The notes under the pieces: generated by a model | Told to the model about the DNA's origin: nothing | Database searches by the model: none | The model's input: the letters and a program-made list of their open reading frames with translations, nothing else | Program-made: the position numbers and the translations under genes | NCBI GenBank assembly: GCA_951406725.2 | Contig: OX597815.1 | Span: 109,554,001-109,618,000 of the forward strand | DNA: 64,000 nucleotides | Direction of reading: 5' to 3' | Source: Octopus vulgaris | Lineage: Eukaryota | Part shown: positions 41,412 through 56,275 of the stretch, piece by piece | How the letters are laid out: each line of letters opens with the position of its first letter | Position numbering within the stretch: position 1 is the stretch's first letter

Positions 41412-41835
41412 AAATTCAAAACATTTTTGTTTTTGTTTTTCTTGAAAGTAGTTTGTACTCTCACTCTAATAACGACACGAATTTCTATAAATATACGAAA
41501 TAGTATTACCTTGAATTAAAAGTTCAGCTAAAGTATAAATTTTGTGAATTTTCACCTCCAGAATACTTTTAGCACATTATGATTTTATACACAATTAAGA
41601 TTATTTTTTAAAACAAAAAATTACCTTTGGTAATATGCGAAATTAGCTCAACATCAAATCTTTAATAGTAGCTTAGTAGTTTGTCCTAATGATATGTTAC
41701 AATCTCTGACGTCCATTTTGAAATTTAGAAGCATTGTTTTAAAACATCATACCCTACAGTGTTTTAAAAAAGCTTTGGAAATGTATATAAAATTTGAATA
41801 ATGTGGTCTTAGGTTATGTCTAAATATCTGCTAAC

Positions 41836-42047
41836 TTTGCTTGTTTCAGTCGTTGGACTGCGTTCATGCTGGGGCACCACACTGAGGAGATCTGTTCGCA
41901 AAAATCAACATTTATTTTTAACCTTGTATTTATTCTATCGGCCACTTTTGCTGAACCTCTAAGGTGCAGAGAGATAAACAAACCAACACTGGTTGTCAAG
42001 CGGTAGTAGGGAACAAATACAAACACACACACACACACACCTACATA

Positions 42048-42109
<62 letters not shown>

Positions 42110-42229
42110 TGACCCGTCCTTGTTTTTTTTCTTGTCCCTCTGTTGTTTTTCCCGTCTGCCTTTGTATCGTCTATTTGCTCGGATGTTTTATTCTTCACTG
42201 TTGCGTTTTTGTTCCATCTTTTTATACTT

Positions 42230-42262
<33 letters not shown>

Positions 42263-42263
42263 G

Positions 42264-42324
<61 letters not shown>

Positions 42325-42500
42325 TAAGCACATATATATACATATACACATATGCGACTGGATTCATTCAGTTCTATATCTACAAAACCCACTCACTAGA
42401 ATTTCGTCGCTCTGGGGTTATAGTAGAAGACAAGGTGCCGCGTAATGGGGTGGAACAGAAGGTTTCGTGGTTAGAAAACAATTTTCTTTAACATATAGTT
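41836..42500 (-). mobile_element. SINE family C, decayed, with an insertion in its internal microsatellite
   Basis: Tail 41836-42030 and head 42355-42500 separated by (TA)n, a T-rich insert (42110-42225) and (GATA)/(GA)n. Confidence 0.65.
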
Positions 42501-43539
42501 ACCTCTTCAAACAAACAAAAAGGAAAAAAAGAAAGGGCGTGATTGTCGTAGCTGGGATGTCCTTGAACATAAGTACGCTTGGTCAGTGTTGTACTAGGGG
42601 CAAACATGTTCAATAAGAACAGCCACAGCAATGCATCGTTTCTGCTATTTCTTTTTCTCAGTGAATACCAATTAGTTTCTATTTACATTGGATTAATGTT
42701 TTTATTTGGAAGCTCCTCCGTTTATTACTGTGAGTGCATTATGTCCCCGTTAAAAAGATTTTACGTTAAAAAATTCCCTCCTACGGCGAAAATAACATTG
42801 GCTTCTGATTTAGACATAAAGCAAGCAATTCTGGGAGGATGCTATCGAACATAGTGCATGACTTTATACCTCATTCTATCGACCCCAGAGGAAAGAAAGT
42901 CAATGTTGACATTCGGCGAGATTTCAAATAATGCAAGGTATTTTTCAAAAGCTTCTAAATGAAGAAGCGACTAATTTTGGAAAGCAAAGAACATTGCTTT
43001 GAAATATATGACGTTAATACGATCAGAGGTGAAAAGACTGTATGAGTTAAAGGTACAGAACACTATCAAAGTTATGAGCCATGGTGTTTGGATATAGGGT
43101 GCTAGGATATATTGTACATGGTGTGAAATATTATATTGTACAAATGACATATATAATGCCATATTGTACAAATGTTTGAGAAGGCTTAAGTAATTCAGAC
43201 TATCGTTCCAACGATAAAACTCCCATATTTTTATATGCTAGCGATTACAATACTCAATGTATCAAATTTAATTTTCGTTGTTAGACTATGGATTGAGGGA
43301 TATTTAGCTACTGTTTCTAAGAGGTAGAGTGATCGTACAGAATATCCTCTTGTTAGCTCCAATTACCAGCGCTTTCTTATAAAGGGAGATAAATGAAAGT
43401 TGAAGATGGTTAATTCTGATCATACGTTAACAAGTTATAGCATAGACTTCTTCATGAATTTAAAGTACTGATCTTTACTTTTTCAAGTAGAGTTGATGAG
43501 AAACTAATTCAAATTCCACATAGATAAAAACCACTGAAC

Positions 43540-44150
43540 CAGTATTGTATAAAATGAAAGGCGAGAAGACTGAAATTACAACAAGCAAGTTTATTGAGTT
43601 AATGCATGAGCTAGCTAAGAAGGAATGCGAACGAAATCACGAAAATCTTACCTGGATTGTCTACAACAAAATGTGTAGAATTTATTACTAAATCTTATGA
43701 ATATACTTAAACATAATTCTTATCACGACGTAAATTGCGATGTATTTAGGTTCATTCAATGAACATCAAAATGCTATTGCACCTGGCCATCTATTGTGAA
43801 GAATATGTTCGAGAAAAGAGGTCAGATATTGATAGCATGGGTTGGATGTAAAACAGCGCTCAAAACCATTAATATTGCCTTACGGAAGGATATTAAAATT
43901 AAGAGCAAGAAGAAGAATATACGAGAAATATGGAGGTTTCAAGCGTGATAATGCCATTCTGTGATAATTAAAAGAAAATAGAAGTAAAACCAAAACTGTT
44001 GGCAAGATATTTAAGACTTATATCTATTAGGATATACGAATAGTTAAACAATTCTTCGCAATTAAATTTGGAAGAGAATACTTCTAAGCTTCTACAGCGG
44101 TTTATGAACTTCTGAAAAGAATATTGAGAAGAATACTGGAGATTTGTAAT
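43540..44150 (+). pseudogene. Highly decayed R4/Dong-like RLE non-LTR retrotransposon 3' region
   Basis: MHELAKKECERNHENLTWIVYNKMC (cf. LAQKEYKRRHDNVARIVHW.LC), EKYGGFKR and terminal RILRRILEI in the expected order. Confidence 0.55.
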
Positions 44151-45577
44151 AAGAAACTAAATCAGTATAAAATACATTAAAATTCAAAATTGCTAGTTGT
44201 AGTTCATCACTATATGCGACAGTATCTGTTATGAAAGAAAAGAAATAATGATATTGGGGATGATGATGATGATGATGATGATGATTTGTTATTTTGGAAT
44301 GAAACCGTTGGGAAGAATATCGGGTGATTTGTGGATTTATCAGCGTGAATCGATGATTGTAGAATATACCTGGTACCTTTTTAGATTTGTTCTATTGACT
44401 AACCACCGTTGACTTCAGCTGCTTGTAAATCAAGTATTCCTATGACGAAAAGCATTTTAACTATGACCCTCTCGCCAGTATTAGGGCCACAGAGGGCTAT
44501 ACTATAATATCTGATTCTAATGTACTCTGTTCTCATATATGGTGTGGCGTAATTTCATAGATATAACTGGTATTACAAGCTGGTCGATCAGTGCCGTAGA
44601 CCCTCCCTTCTTGACTCTTAGTTAACCGTATTTTGTCTCTGCTGCGTATTTTGCTTTTTGTCTTTATCATTGTTGTTTTTGTTGCTGTGACTAATTTGCC
44701 TCGGTCAAGAAAAGCTGCCAGAATAAAGCATTTGAAATGTATCTGTTGGAAGCAATGCTTCGATATGTTTAAGTTGGTAAATTCTGTTTAAGCGCGATTT
44801 GTTAAACGTTATCAGAATAACAGAAATCAGTTTAATTCTTGCTGTTCTTCAAAAAAAAAAAAAAATGAAAGAAAAAATGTTTTGGTAGATGTTTCAGATT
44901 TTATAGTTGCCGCAATGAAAAAGCAATATTCTTAATATTCAGTAATTAATCAGTCTGCATAGCTTAATGTTGTTTCATTTGGTTTACAATTCATTGGTTT
45001 ACTGAGCTAAGTTTTCCTCTGCCTTTTCCATCAAGTCGTTAAGTGGAGTGTGTGTGCAGAAAAAGACCATTCAGTTTCCATTAGTCTTACACATAAGTCA
45101 ATTGTAGACATACTTTGGTCATAAAACGACAAAGTAGTTAATATTTGACTACTGGATCGTTTAACAACAGACAGATCAACCAAGAAGAGCTAGGATTATT
45201 GAGCAGATCAAGAGACTGCATGTAGTTTTAACATCATGAACAACAGAGACAACCGCGAAAGTAACAACAGCCATATATAAATAGCCAATAACATATGGAT
45301 GAGCAATAGTAACAACAAGATGAAAATGAGGTGCAAAAACCGACAACATTAAATAGAATATTGAGCTCAATATCAACAGCAGCAGCAACAACATCAACGG
45401 TATCAATAACAACTTAAAGAACGGCAAAAGCAATGTAAAGAATACCAACAGTAACAACAAAATAACGAACAATAGGAACAAGAATATGAGAAGAACAGCA
45501 TTAATCATAACAACAGCATAATCAACAAGATTAACTAAAATATTAAGAATAACTATTTTGATATTACTCATACTCGA

Positions 45578-45793
45578 AGACGGTGAGCTGGCAGAATTGT
45601 TAGCGTGCTGGACGAAATGCTTTGTGGTATTTCACTCGTCACTACATTGTGACTTCAAATTCCGCCAAGGTTGATTTTTCCTTTCATCCTTTCGTGGTCG
45701 ATAAAATAAGTACCAGCTAAGAACTGAGGTCGATATGATCGACTATTCCCCTTCCCAAAATTTCAGGCCTTGTGTCTATAATAGAAAGGATAT
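45578..45793 (+). mobile_element. SINE family B
   Basis: CGGTGAGCTGGCAGAATTGTTAGC..CTTTCATCCTTTCGTGGTCGATAAAATAAGTACCAG. Confidence 0.88.
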
Positions 45794-46216
45794 TACTCAT
45801 GTTCGTGTTTTGGTGGTATATTTATTTTGGCGGACGTGTTTGCCATGATGATGGTTGTAATCTTGGTATTAGATGGTTGATTGTAAGTGATAATGATGAT
45901 GATGATGGTAATGATGATGATGATGATAGTAGTGGTGTCGGTTGAGGTATGCTAGGGGTGATGGGATCGGTTGTGTGGGGAACATTTCAACAACGTTGAC
46001 ACCCAAACAGAATAGGGGGCTCAATAGAAAGAAAAAATAAAGCAGGCATAAATACCAGGACAGCAAGACAACATTAGCAGTAAAACGCTCAAATGAAAAC
46101 TCTGTTGATATTGATGCAAGGAGGAAAGTGTTCGGAATTAAATAATTAAATAATTGATCATTAAGATATCTTGAGCTATCAAAAACATTTATTATGTGTG
46201 TACATGTAGATATTCG

Positions 46217-46277
<61 letters not shown>

Positions 46278-46279
<2 letters not shown>

Positions 46280-47147
46280 GGCTGTGTTGAATAAACTGTC
46301 GTCTAAATTACGTAAAAATGAAAATAACACTGACATCTCGTTTTAACAGATATATTTACCAAATTACATAAAGATATCTTGAATTACCAAAGAGTAAATT
46401 CATTCAACAAAATCACCATTGGCTTCAACCACGCCCTCCAGGTGACTTCAAAAAATCCTGCAACTCTTCTAGACGGACTTCTTCTTTAAGTTGGTGAATG
46501 CTGCTATAATTCTTGCATTCAATTCATCTTTGGTGTTACAAGCAGTTTTGTTGGTCTCTCGCTCAACTACGACCCAAACATTATAATCAAGGCGGTTGAA
46601 GTCTGGGGAGGTAGGTGGCCAGAAGTTAGGGGCGATGTGGTCACAGAAATTATCTGACAGGCATGACTGAGTTCTCCTGCTTGTGTGGTATGGTGCAAAG
46701 TCCTGTTGCCAGCTATAGGGTCTTCCAACAGCTACTCTCTTGACCTACGGCAACACTACCTCCTTCAGACATTTGATGTACGCCTCCGTGTTGAGCGTGA
46801 AGCAGTGTGGGAAGATAAATGGAGGCATAACGTCGCCGTCACTAGTGATAACTCCAAACACCATGAGGTTGACTGGATGTTTGATTTTTATCACTCTCGG
46901 TACATGTCCTCAGATCGCATTGCCTTCAGATTGTCACCTCAAAACTCTGAAATGTTCGTATCGGAGCTACCGGCGCGAATGCCAAGAAGTACAGTATGTT
47001 GTTTCCAAATTTCTGGCAGAGTGAATTGAATCATGGTGCTCTTTTACTCACAGACAGTGCCCAACTGACCCTACTACATTGTGTAGTCGATATAATGAAA
47101 AGCAAAGAATGTGTATGCGCGAAATTAAAAGTGTGAAATGGTTACAC

Positions 47148-47148
<1 letters not shown>
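46278..47148 (-). mobile_element. Internally deleted Tc1/mariner (DD37D, maT-type) transposon
   Basis: Minus strand WQQDFAPYH...WPPTSPDFNRLDY with 37 residues between the 2nd and 3rd catalytic D; TA-flanked terminus CAGGCTGTGTTGAATAAACTGTCGTC. Confidence 0.9.
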
Positions 47149-47214
<66 letters not shown>

Positions 47215-47218
<4 letters not shown>

Positions 47219-48076
47219 ATATATATTGTCGCCACTTTATATTTTTACTTGCGCATGCGCATTCTTTGTTCTTGATTTTGTCGACTACACGGTATAGTAG
47301 GATCAGTGGAGCACTATCTGTATGATAAACAGCACCATGACGCGATTCTTTCTGCCAGAAATTTGGAAACGATATGCTGTACTGCTTGGCATTCACGCCG
47401 GAAGCTCCAATACGAACAAATAGTGAACATGCAGAACAGCCGTTGGCTTGCCGTGTCCCCAAAATATGTACGGAGAGTGACAGAAATTGAACATCCAGTC
47501 AACATCATGGTGTTTGGCATAATCACAAGCGATGGTGACGTTATGCTTACATTCATCATCCCATACGTCCTCACACTCATCACGGAGGTCTACATCAAGT
47601 GCTTGGAGCAGGTAGTGCTGCCCTTCGAGCAGGTAGTGCTGGAAGACCCTATGTCTGGCAACAACACTCTGCACCATGCCACACTGGCAAGAGAAACCAG
47701 TCATGGCTGTCAGACAATTTCTGCGACTACATCACCCCTAACATCTGGCCACCCAACTCCCCAGACTGCAGCCTCTTGATTATTATGTGTGGGTCGCAGT
47801 CGAGCGAGAAACCAACAAAACTCCTTGTAACACCAAATGCAAGGATTATGGCATCATTCACCAACTTAAAGAAGGAAACAGTCCAGAAGAGTTGCAGGAT
47901 GCTCCGAAGTCATCTGGAGGCCGCGATTGAAGTGAATGGTGATTTTATTCAATAAATTTATTCTTTAGTGTTTCAAGTATTTTTATGCAATTTAATTCAA
48001 TATATTTCTTAATATGAGGTGTCAGTGTTGTTTTCACTTTTGCATAATTTTGACGACAGTTTATTCACCGACTTTG
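47215..48076 (+). mobile_element. Second internally deleted DD37D/maT transposon
   Basis: HPVNIMVFGIITSDG and GRPYVWQQHSAPCH..WPPNSPDC, frameshifted; terminus GACGACAGTTTATTCACCGACTTTG|TA. Confidence 0.9.
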
Positions 48077-48084
48077 TATGTATA

Positions 48085-48235
<151 letters not shown>

Positions 48236-48876
48236 ATATACATTTGTATGCATATATATATGTATTAATACGTACACATACACACACACACATAAACACA
48301 CATACATACGCACTAGGTTACGCACAACCTTTGCTGTTCCGTTACCGGTGATGTCAGAGAGCACTTGTAATGACTGCATGTGGCAACTGTGGTAGAGTGA
48401 AGAGTAAGAGAGAGAGAAGGTTGGTGAAATGTACAAGTGAAGAGATTTATGTATAGCTGATGTTGTTGGTGTGTTGATACTGATGGTGCTAATTTTGCGG
48501 CTGGCAATTAATATTGTCTCTAACTGCAAACAGCTTAAAGTTAACATTTTAATGTTTTCTACATTAATTATGTGCGCACTAATTTTAGAATTACATCATC
48601 GTTTTGGATCGTAGATTAGCAGAACTGTTAGAGAATCGAGCAAAATGCCCAGCGCTATTTATTCCAACACTTTCCGTTCTGGATTTATACTATCCAGCAG
48701 AAATGAAGGGTGCTGTTCTTTAGGACATGTAATATAAGTTGGTATAGAAGTATTAGGTTGAATGAATCGGTTAACCCCTTTGACACTAAAATTTGCGGGC
48801 CCTTACCTGAGTTAGAAACAATTGCTGCATCATTAATTATTTATCAGAAGATCAACAGATTATTAGCAATAACTAG

Positions 48877-48929
<53 letters not shown>

Positions 48930-49033
48930 ATATATATATATAAAATAAATATAAGTTGAATATGACCTAGCACAGTTATCTCTCACCCTTATTAATTAAT
49001 TATATATATATATATATACCTTTCTGTTAAGAG

Positions 49034-49174
49034 CACATGCATTACACGCGCTATTATTAGTTTCCCCGTACATGGTAAACATTAAACTTCTTAGTTTCAT
49101 AGAATAATAATCAGAGCCTGATGAACTTACTCGTCATAAACGTGAAACTATAAGTAACGCGTGCAATGCATGTG
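49034..49174 (+). ncRNA. Decayed hammerhead motif with an inverted partial copy
   Basis: CTGATGA (49118-49124)-AC..GT-GAAAC-TATAA-GTA; 49034-49064 approximates the reverse complement of 49144-49174. Confidence 0.5.
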
Positions 49175-49755
49175 AAGTGAAACGCATACATGAATATTGA
49201 ACTCTCATTAGATGGAGTACACTTCTTGTTGATCTTTTAACGTAGATCAATTTAATCGTGGGAAGTAAATTTATTTCGATCCTTTCCCCCGGAGATAATA
49301 TCTCCTTGTGATGAGCTGTGCTTAGAAACACAACTGATATTGAAGGGAGAGGAAAAGCGTCCCATTAGCCGCAGATGTAAACGCTAGATGCATATATGCC
49401 TCAATGGAATTCATGTATTTTAGTTTTTACTGTGAAAAGGAAGAAACGTAAATGAGTTGAGCATTGATTTATCTGTAACGGAATTCAGTTATGACTTACT
49501 TCAAAAGTATAAATTATCTTCCGTAAGAAGAAGAATTTCTGACATTAATAATGATATATACATTCTGATTTTCTTGCATAAGAATATAAAACAAATATTA
49601 AATGTTAAATAATAGTAAATACAAGTACAGACAAAGCAGAGGGTTCAGTAATTTGCTTTACAAGTACATGTTTGTAGGCTCGATCATACGGTGCACATCA
49701 AACAAGTGTCAAGAAGCATAACGAGAAAGCGACTAAATTCATTTTAGTGAAATGA

Positions 49756-49788
<33 letters not shown>

Positions 49789-49903
49789 TGTATGTATGTA
49801 TGTATGTATGTATGTATGCATTATCCTTCGTTTTCCAGCTTTTCTTTCTACGAAATTAGAAGATACTTTGCGGAACTGTTATTTTAACGAGTTGTATCTA
49901 CTT

Positions 49904-50009
49904 ATCACACGACGAGACACATCTGCACCACCGGATGCTCCTGAATCAGTTGTTAAATGTCCCACCCACGAGGGATCGATGCTAGATGTGTCGAAACAAT
50001 TGTTGTGAT
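49904..50009 (+). ncRNA. Type-I hammerhead fold with 9-bp stem II and variant core
   Basis: ATCAC-ACGACGA-GACACATCT..AGATGTGTC-GAAAC-AATT-GTT-GTGAT, followed by AATAAA at 50011-50016. Confidence 0.65.
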
Positions 50010-50129
50010 TAATAAAAATTATTTTACATTCCATCATCCGTCTTTCATTTACCACACATACACACACATCTATATATATATGTGCGTGTGTGTGTTCGTA
50101 TCTATGTAAATATATGCGTGTATATATGT

Positions 50130-50180
<51 letters not shown>

Positions 50181-52189
50181 TGGTGTATCGTATAAAAAAG
50201 TGCGTTGAGATATTTACTTCTCTCTCGGTTGCCTCCCTTTACACCCTGCTCATTTTACGCGCCATTGTAAATTCAAGATCGATTAAATAAGTATGAGAGA
50301 AAGTATTGGCCTTAATATCCTTTGAAGGCAGACAAGGCCAAACTGCAATGACTGAAGGTAGTAAAAACAAAAACAAACAAAAAAAACTAAAGTAATACAG
50401 AACTTTTATGTTATTCTATGAATATCTCTCAATGGTGTTGAAATTTGCTTCGACATTCGTTTCTTACAGATAATTTGAAAGAATATATTCATATACGATC
50501 TTATTCGTTGTGCCCCTCCTCATGTATTACGTATTTCTAATTTTCTTCTTTATTTTGTATTGCACTGGCTAACAATCCCGTCTATTTTTCTATTTTCCTT
50601 TGTATTGTTGCTTAACACAAGGTCAGTCCAAATAGATTTGACCTGCTTTTACATCAGCTGCAGTTGTGACCGCTTTCTTCTTAGACACATTATCCAAAAT
50701 GTCATCTTTTTGAATCTGCAGATTTGATTTGAGAGAAAGATTTAGCCATTTTATAAAGCTGGTAGATACTTGGCTGCTTTCCTTCTCTCTGATGCAGACG
50801 ACACCTGCCAATATGTTTTGTGTATATATATATATATATATAACAGTGTATGTGTATTTGTGTATGCTTTTAGAGAAGTGTGTTTATATGTGTGTCTCAC
50901 TCATGCATATAAAGCGGAATTTTAAACAAAGCGAAAAAAAAATCGAGGTATATATGAGTATCGAAACCACACTCATTGGTTAATGACTTCACGTGTCGTC
51001 ATGATTCATAGAAAACGGTTTAGCACACGCCATTAACATTATAGTTACCTTGGTCTTTGAATTGCTTTTGGTGATGCAAAGGTGGCGGGTGCCTACTTAC
51101 TGAACATTGCGTATAATGTTAATACATCCATATCAACCTTAAGAGACCACTTCCGTCCTGTTCATATGTTATTGTTTGTTAAATATGTGTTAGCGCGCGC
51201 GCGTGTGTGTGTATGTTTGTGTGTCTTTATATGTATGTATGTATGTAAGTATGTATGTATGCCTGTATGTATGTATGTATGTATGTATGTATGCTGAGTG
51301 ACTGGCAAACATCAGTCAGTCGACTCCAAAATACAATAATTTTGTTCCTGGGCGGGGTTACAAATAAACATTTTCGAGAATAACGTGAAAAGCACAAACT
51401 TCTCAACTTCCCCTCCAAATAATTCTGTTTGTGTTAATGTTATTTTTGCAGTTTTTATTTAGCCCCGTATCGTCCCCGAACGAGTAAACTGCGTGATTCT
51501 AGCTATGATAATTGGAACCGTTCAACCGGAGTACACTATCCAATAAGTTCTTCCAATCTCTGAATGTATTTTGAAAGATTTTAAAGCTATTTCTAGCAGG
51601 TTGAACGGCTACGCAGGCATTTTCCTTATTAATTCGATCAGGGGATAGTTTTAAAGTTTGTTGTAGTAGTTCGTTTAGTATGTGTTTCATTTCTTTTAAT
51701 TTTCATACATTTTCTCCCTGTTAATTTTAAAATCGAGATTGCAAAGATCTCCATCTAAATTATACAGTCTTTGAAATATTGTTGATTGTTACCTTAACTA
51801 TACTGATGACAAATGAATATCATTCGCCTTGAGCTTGCTAATCTAAGAGAGTTTATAATTATAGTTCTAGACTCTTCCAATACACTTCTGATTAACCCCT
51901 AAAATAGGGTTCAGTAAAACCCGCGGACATTTGCTATTAAAACTATGTATTAGATAAAACACTTTCTTGTATCAAAGTACGAACTTCTAAGTAAATGTTC
52001 ATCTGCGTAAATATCAAAAACTGAACAGCCATAAAAGGAAGATCTTGATTTTATCTGTGAACTGGATCTATCGGAATTAAACTAAGTGGAGTACGGCCAT
52101 AATGGAATCAAGAACAACAGCAGTAACACACTCAAGAACCACAACTGCTATATCAGTATCAACTATAGGAGCAGGATTAGGTATTGTGA

Positions 52190-52470
52190 AACTGGTACTC
52201 CGTCGCTTACGACGATGAGGGTTCCAGTTGATCCGATCAACGAAACAGCCTACTCGTAAAATTAACGTGCGTGTGACTGAGCACTCCACAGACACGTATA
52301 CTCTTAACGTAGTTCTCAGTGAGATTCAGCGTGACACAGTGTGACGAGGCTGGCCCTTAGGTTCTACTCATTTTTGCCATCAACATGGAATAAAGTGTCT
52401 TACTCAAGGATACAATGCGTCGCCGGGAGATCGTGAGCCGAATAACCTAACCGCTAAGCCACACGCCAAC
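52190..52470 (-). mobile_element. SINE family A
   Basis: Homologous to 15846-16150; CCTAACCGCTAAGCCACACGCC is the reversed A-box head. Confidence 0.85.
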
Positions 52471-52899
52471 ACCTAAGTGTTGTAACTAAGAAGAATAAGA
52501 ATCCAGCAACGACAAAATCCACGACAGACTAAAAAATTATGACAACTACCTACATTACGACCACAATAGGAACAAACAATAGCACCACGTCCACCATTAA
52601 TACTGCAGTAACAAAAATAATAAAACCGTAACAACAATAATAAAACCGTAATCAAAAGTACGCATTCACAAAATGTGCTTTGAGACTGAAACAGAAACCT
52701 TCTTGTATAAAGCTTGTTTTCAATTCTAACGATAAAAATTGTTAAAGCGAAGTGAATGATTGAGTGGATAAGGTTTTGAACACACAACTCATGTGTCATC
52801 CAAACGATGGCCTCAAAGCAAAGATAGATTACTCTTTTACTTTCTCTACAACAACTCCAGAAGTAAATAATACATACAATATATAAATTCGATATGTTG

Positions 52900-52942
<43 letters not shown>

Positions 52943-52952
52943 TATATACATA

Positions 52953-53020
52953 TGTCCGATGAACGGGAACGTGAAACTCTGAGCGACAGTTTTTGTGATA
53001 TTTTTGCTGCTTTTCAATAA
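52953..53020 (+). ncRNA. Hammerhead motif with CCGATGA core (cleavage triplet mutated)
   Basis: TGT-CCGATGA-ACG-GGAA-CGT-GAAACTCTGAG-CG-ACA; same family as 28.4-28.8 kb. Confidence 0.6.
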
Positions 53021-55223
53021 ATACATACACACACAAACACACACACACACACACACACACATTTGTGTGTGTATATATAGCACATGTTTGTGTTTTTGTG
53101 CAGAAACCAACATGGGGAATCCACACCTGTTAGAAGTATGTCTGTGTTATTAAACACAATCAATCATGTTTTCTATCAAACAATTATAAATGTGATGGTA
53201 ATCTCAATTATTCCCTCATACTTAGTGTGACCATGTAGTTGCTGCTTCTTTTACTTTAGCGGGGTTTTTTTTTGGGGGGGGGTTGTACTAAGACTGTCCA
53301 AACACACACACACACACATACACACACACTTAGACATATATCTATATATATATACACTTTCAGAGCCGTCTAAAACTCTGGTATCTATAGCTATAGTAAT
53401 GACACCAGGAGAACCAATGTATTTCTCTATTTTTCGGTTGAAACGATCAAGCATTGACCTGTTTAACAAAAAGGGAAAGGAAACAGAAGTAGATTTCTTA
53501 AAATAGCGATAAGATCTGTTCATCTCTATGCTTTGCGCTACAAATGTTCATCCACGCACACACGCACAAACACTCCTACACACATATATTATCATACATA
53601 TACACAAAAACATACACACGCGCACGCACTTATTGGTGTGTGTGTGTGTGTGTATTCACACATATAAGTTCGTATTAGTGGAATTTCTTTGTTTCCTTTC
53701 AATAATTCTTAATCTTTCTGCTTCAAACTTTCTCCACACTGCTATATTTCATTTTCTCTTCGTTTAGTGCATCTCTCCAGCCTCTTAAGACTTCGTTTAG
53801 TTTCTTCCTGTATGGCAACATTTATTTTCTCCAATACATATCATGTATTGATTTTTTCCGATAATCATCGTCTTCTTTCTGCAATTCATATTCGATTAGT
53901 TTCTCTGTCGCTGAGAACTTCGTTTGTTTGTTAACTCTGGTATACTTCAGATTGCATATTCATTTCCATAATCTTACATTCTCACACCCTCAGATTCGTT
54001 CATTATTTTCATTCACCTACACTTCACAAACACTTCCATTCCTCCATATTTATATCCATGTATATAAATTCCTCTTAATTTCTCTCAACCAGATTCTACA
54101 CCTACTGCTTCCCTTCATTTCTCAGCGTTTCCCACAACTTGACACCCTAAAATATTGTATAAGAATGTCGCTTTCTGTCTCTCTATTTCCACCATTCTCT
54201 CGATCATTCATTGTATTACTCACTTTGTATCCTCATCATACTATATCACGTTATTTCTCTAATTCACAATTTCTTTATCTTCTTTCCATCTCTCTTCCAC
54301 AAACTCTTTAAATTAATTACTCTAGCCTTCTGCTCCAATCTTTATTCCATCCTGCCTTATATTTCACTGGCTGCTCTCGTCTCTGTCTCTTTTTCTGTCT
54401 CAGTCCATTTTGCACTTATTTATCTACCCAATCCACCTCCTTTGCAAATAGTTCCTTTCTCTTTGTTCCATCTTTCTCATTACTGACTATGCTTTCTCTA
54501 TAGTGACAAAAAATATCTGAAACCAACAAATAAAGAAAACCCTGATACACGGCTTGCACTCATGCATACATGCATACATACAAACATGCATACATACATA
54601 CATACATACATACATACATACATACATACATACATACATACATACATACATACATACATACATACATACATACACACGCATACATACAGGTATACATACA
54701 TACAAACATACACATAAATGCATACAGACATACATAAGCATTTAAATATATAGAGAATTCGTACATAAAGCAAAGCATACAGTCCAGATATGCATACATA
54801 TATGCATAGAGAATTCATACAAACAAAAACAAAGCATACAAATTTTGAAATAAAACTGCACATATACATACATACATACATACATACATACATACATACA
54901 TAATAGATACACACGAGCATATATTCATATGTATTTATTTATATATATATATATATACTTATACGTTTATATATTTATATATATATATATATGTATATCT
55001 ATCTATCTATCTATCTCTTATATATACACAAACACTCATATATATATACATATAAATATATATACATATATAATATATACATACAAATATATATATACTT
55101 ATATATATACATACATATATGTACATATGTATATACATATATATATTTACGTTTTTACATATATATTAATATGAATATATATAGGTATATACCTATTTCT
55201 ATCTAACCCCCTCTCTGTATATA

Positions 55224-55261
<38 letters not shown>

Positions 55262-55264
<3 letters not shown>

Positions 55265-55818
55265 CGTTTTTGAATTTGGTTTGCAAGTTTCTTTATGTGA
55301 GTTCGTGTGTTGAAGCATGTTCTGTTATGTCTGGGGAGAGTCATTAACTTTTTGTGCCAAACATGGTACATAGTTGCATTACACGCACACACACATATAC
55401 AGACATACACAAACAAGGAGACAGAGGTGTATACAAACACACGCTCACACACATACATAAAACACACACAAACATGGAAGCACATGAATATGCAGAGTAC
55501 ATACATACATACAGATGCACACACATACATACATATATACATATGCATACACACATACACATACATGCATGCATACATGCATACCTGCATGCATGCATGC
55601 ATACGTACCCACACACACACACTGACCCACACACATGCGCACAAACAAACAAAAAGGGAACGCAATGTAGATAACGGACAGAGTCAAGACTATTGAAAAG
55701 GTTGCAAGACGCAACGAAAATTTTAGGAAAATAAAAATAAGGAATAAGTGGAAATTTTACCGCGGAGGGTGTTAAATTATAAGGTACAAAAAGAAAATGA
55801 CTCTCCCCAGACACAACA

Positions 55819-55820
<2 letters not shown>
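55262..55820. mobile_element. Two oppositely oriented pieces (55262-55357, 55680-55820) of a short repeat
   Basis: TGTCTGGGGAGAGTCATT versus AATGACTCTCCCCAGACA; homologous to 36110-36310. Confidence 0.7.
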
Positions 55821-55858
<38 letters not shown>

Positions 55859-56119
55859 TATATGCATGTATGTATAAATGAAAGGGCATAAGTGTTGCAC
55901 TTGTTGTTGTGGGCGTTTTTATTTATTTTTTTTTGCCAGATCAAGTTTAATGGAGTAAATTTATTTATAATCAAAGGAATTTCATTCATTCCGTGTCTTT
56001 GAGGCAGCGGAGGACGTGAGACAATGCCATCTTCATTTCATAGCTGTCGTTGCCCTTCTCATCGCCACCTTCGTCGTGGTCGTCGTCGGTGTCATCGTCG
56101 TCGTCGTCTTCATCATCAC

Positions 56120-56157
<38 letters not shown>

Positions 56158-56158
56158 A

Positions 56159-56202
<44 letters not shown>

Positions 56203-56203
56203 A

Positions 56204-56275
<72 letters not shown>

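Noticed and set aside
45176-45571. 131-aa hydrophobic, membrane-protein-like ORF
   Set aside because: Reverse translation of a decayed (AAC/AAT)-rich low-complexity tract; the same applies to 52473-52660.
50623-50811. 62-aa minus-strand ORF with possible splice signals
   Set aside because: Poor polypyrimidine tract and weak donor; may be a decayed RTE-like LINE end; unsupported as an exon.
53700-54490. Strongly pyrimidine-skewed tract with ORFs
   Set aside because: Low-complexity CT-rich sequence with no recognisable motifs.
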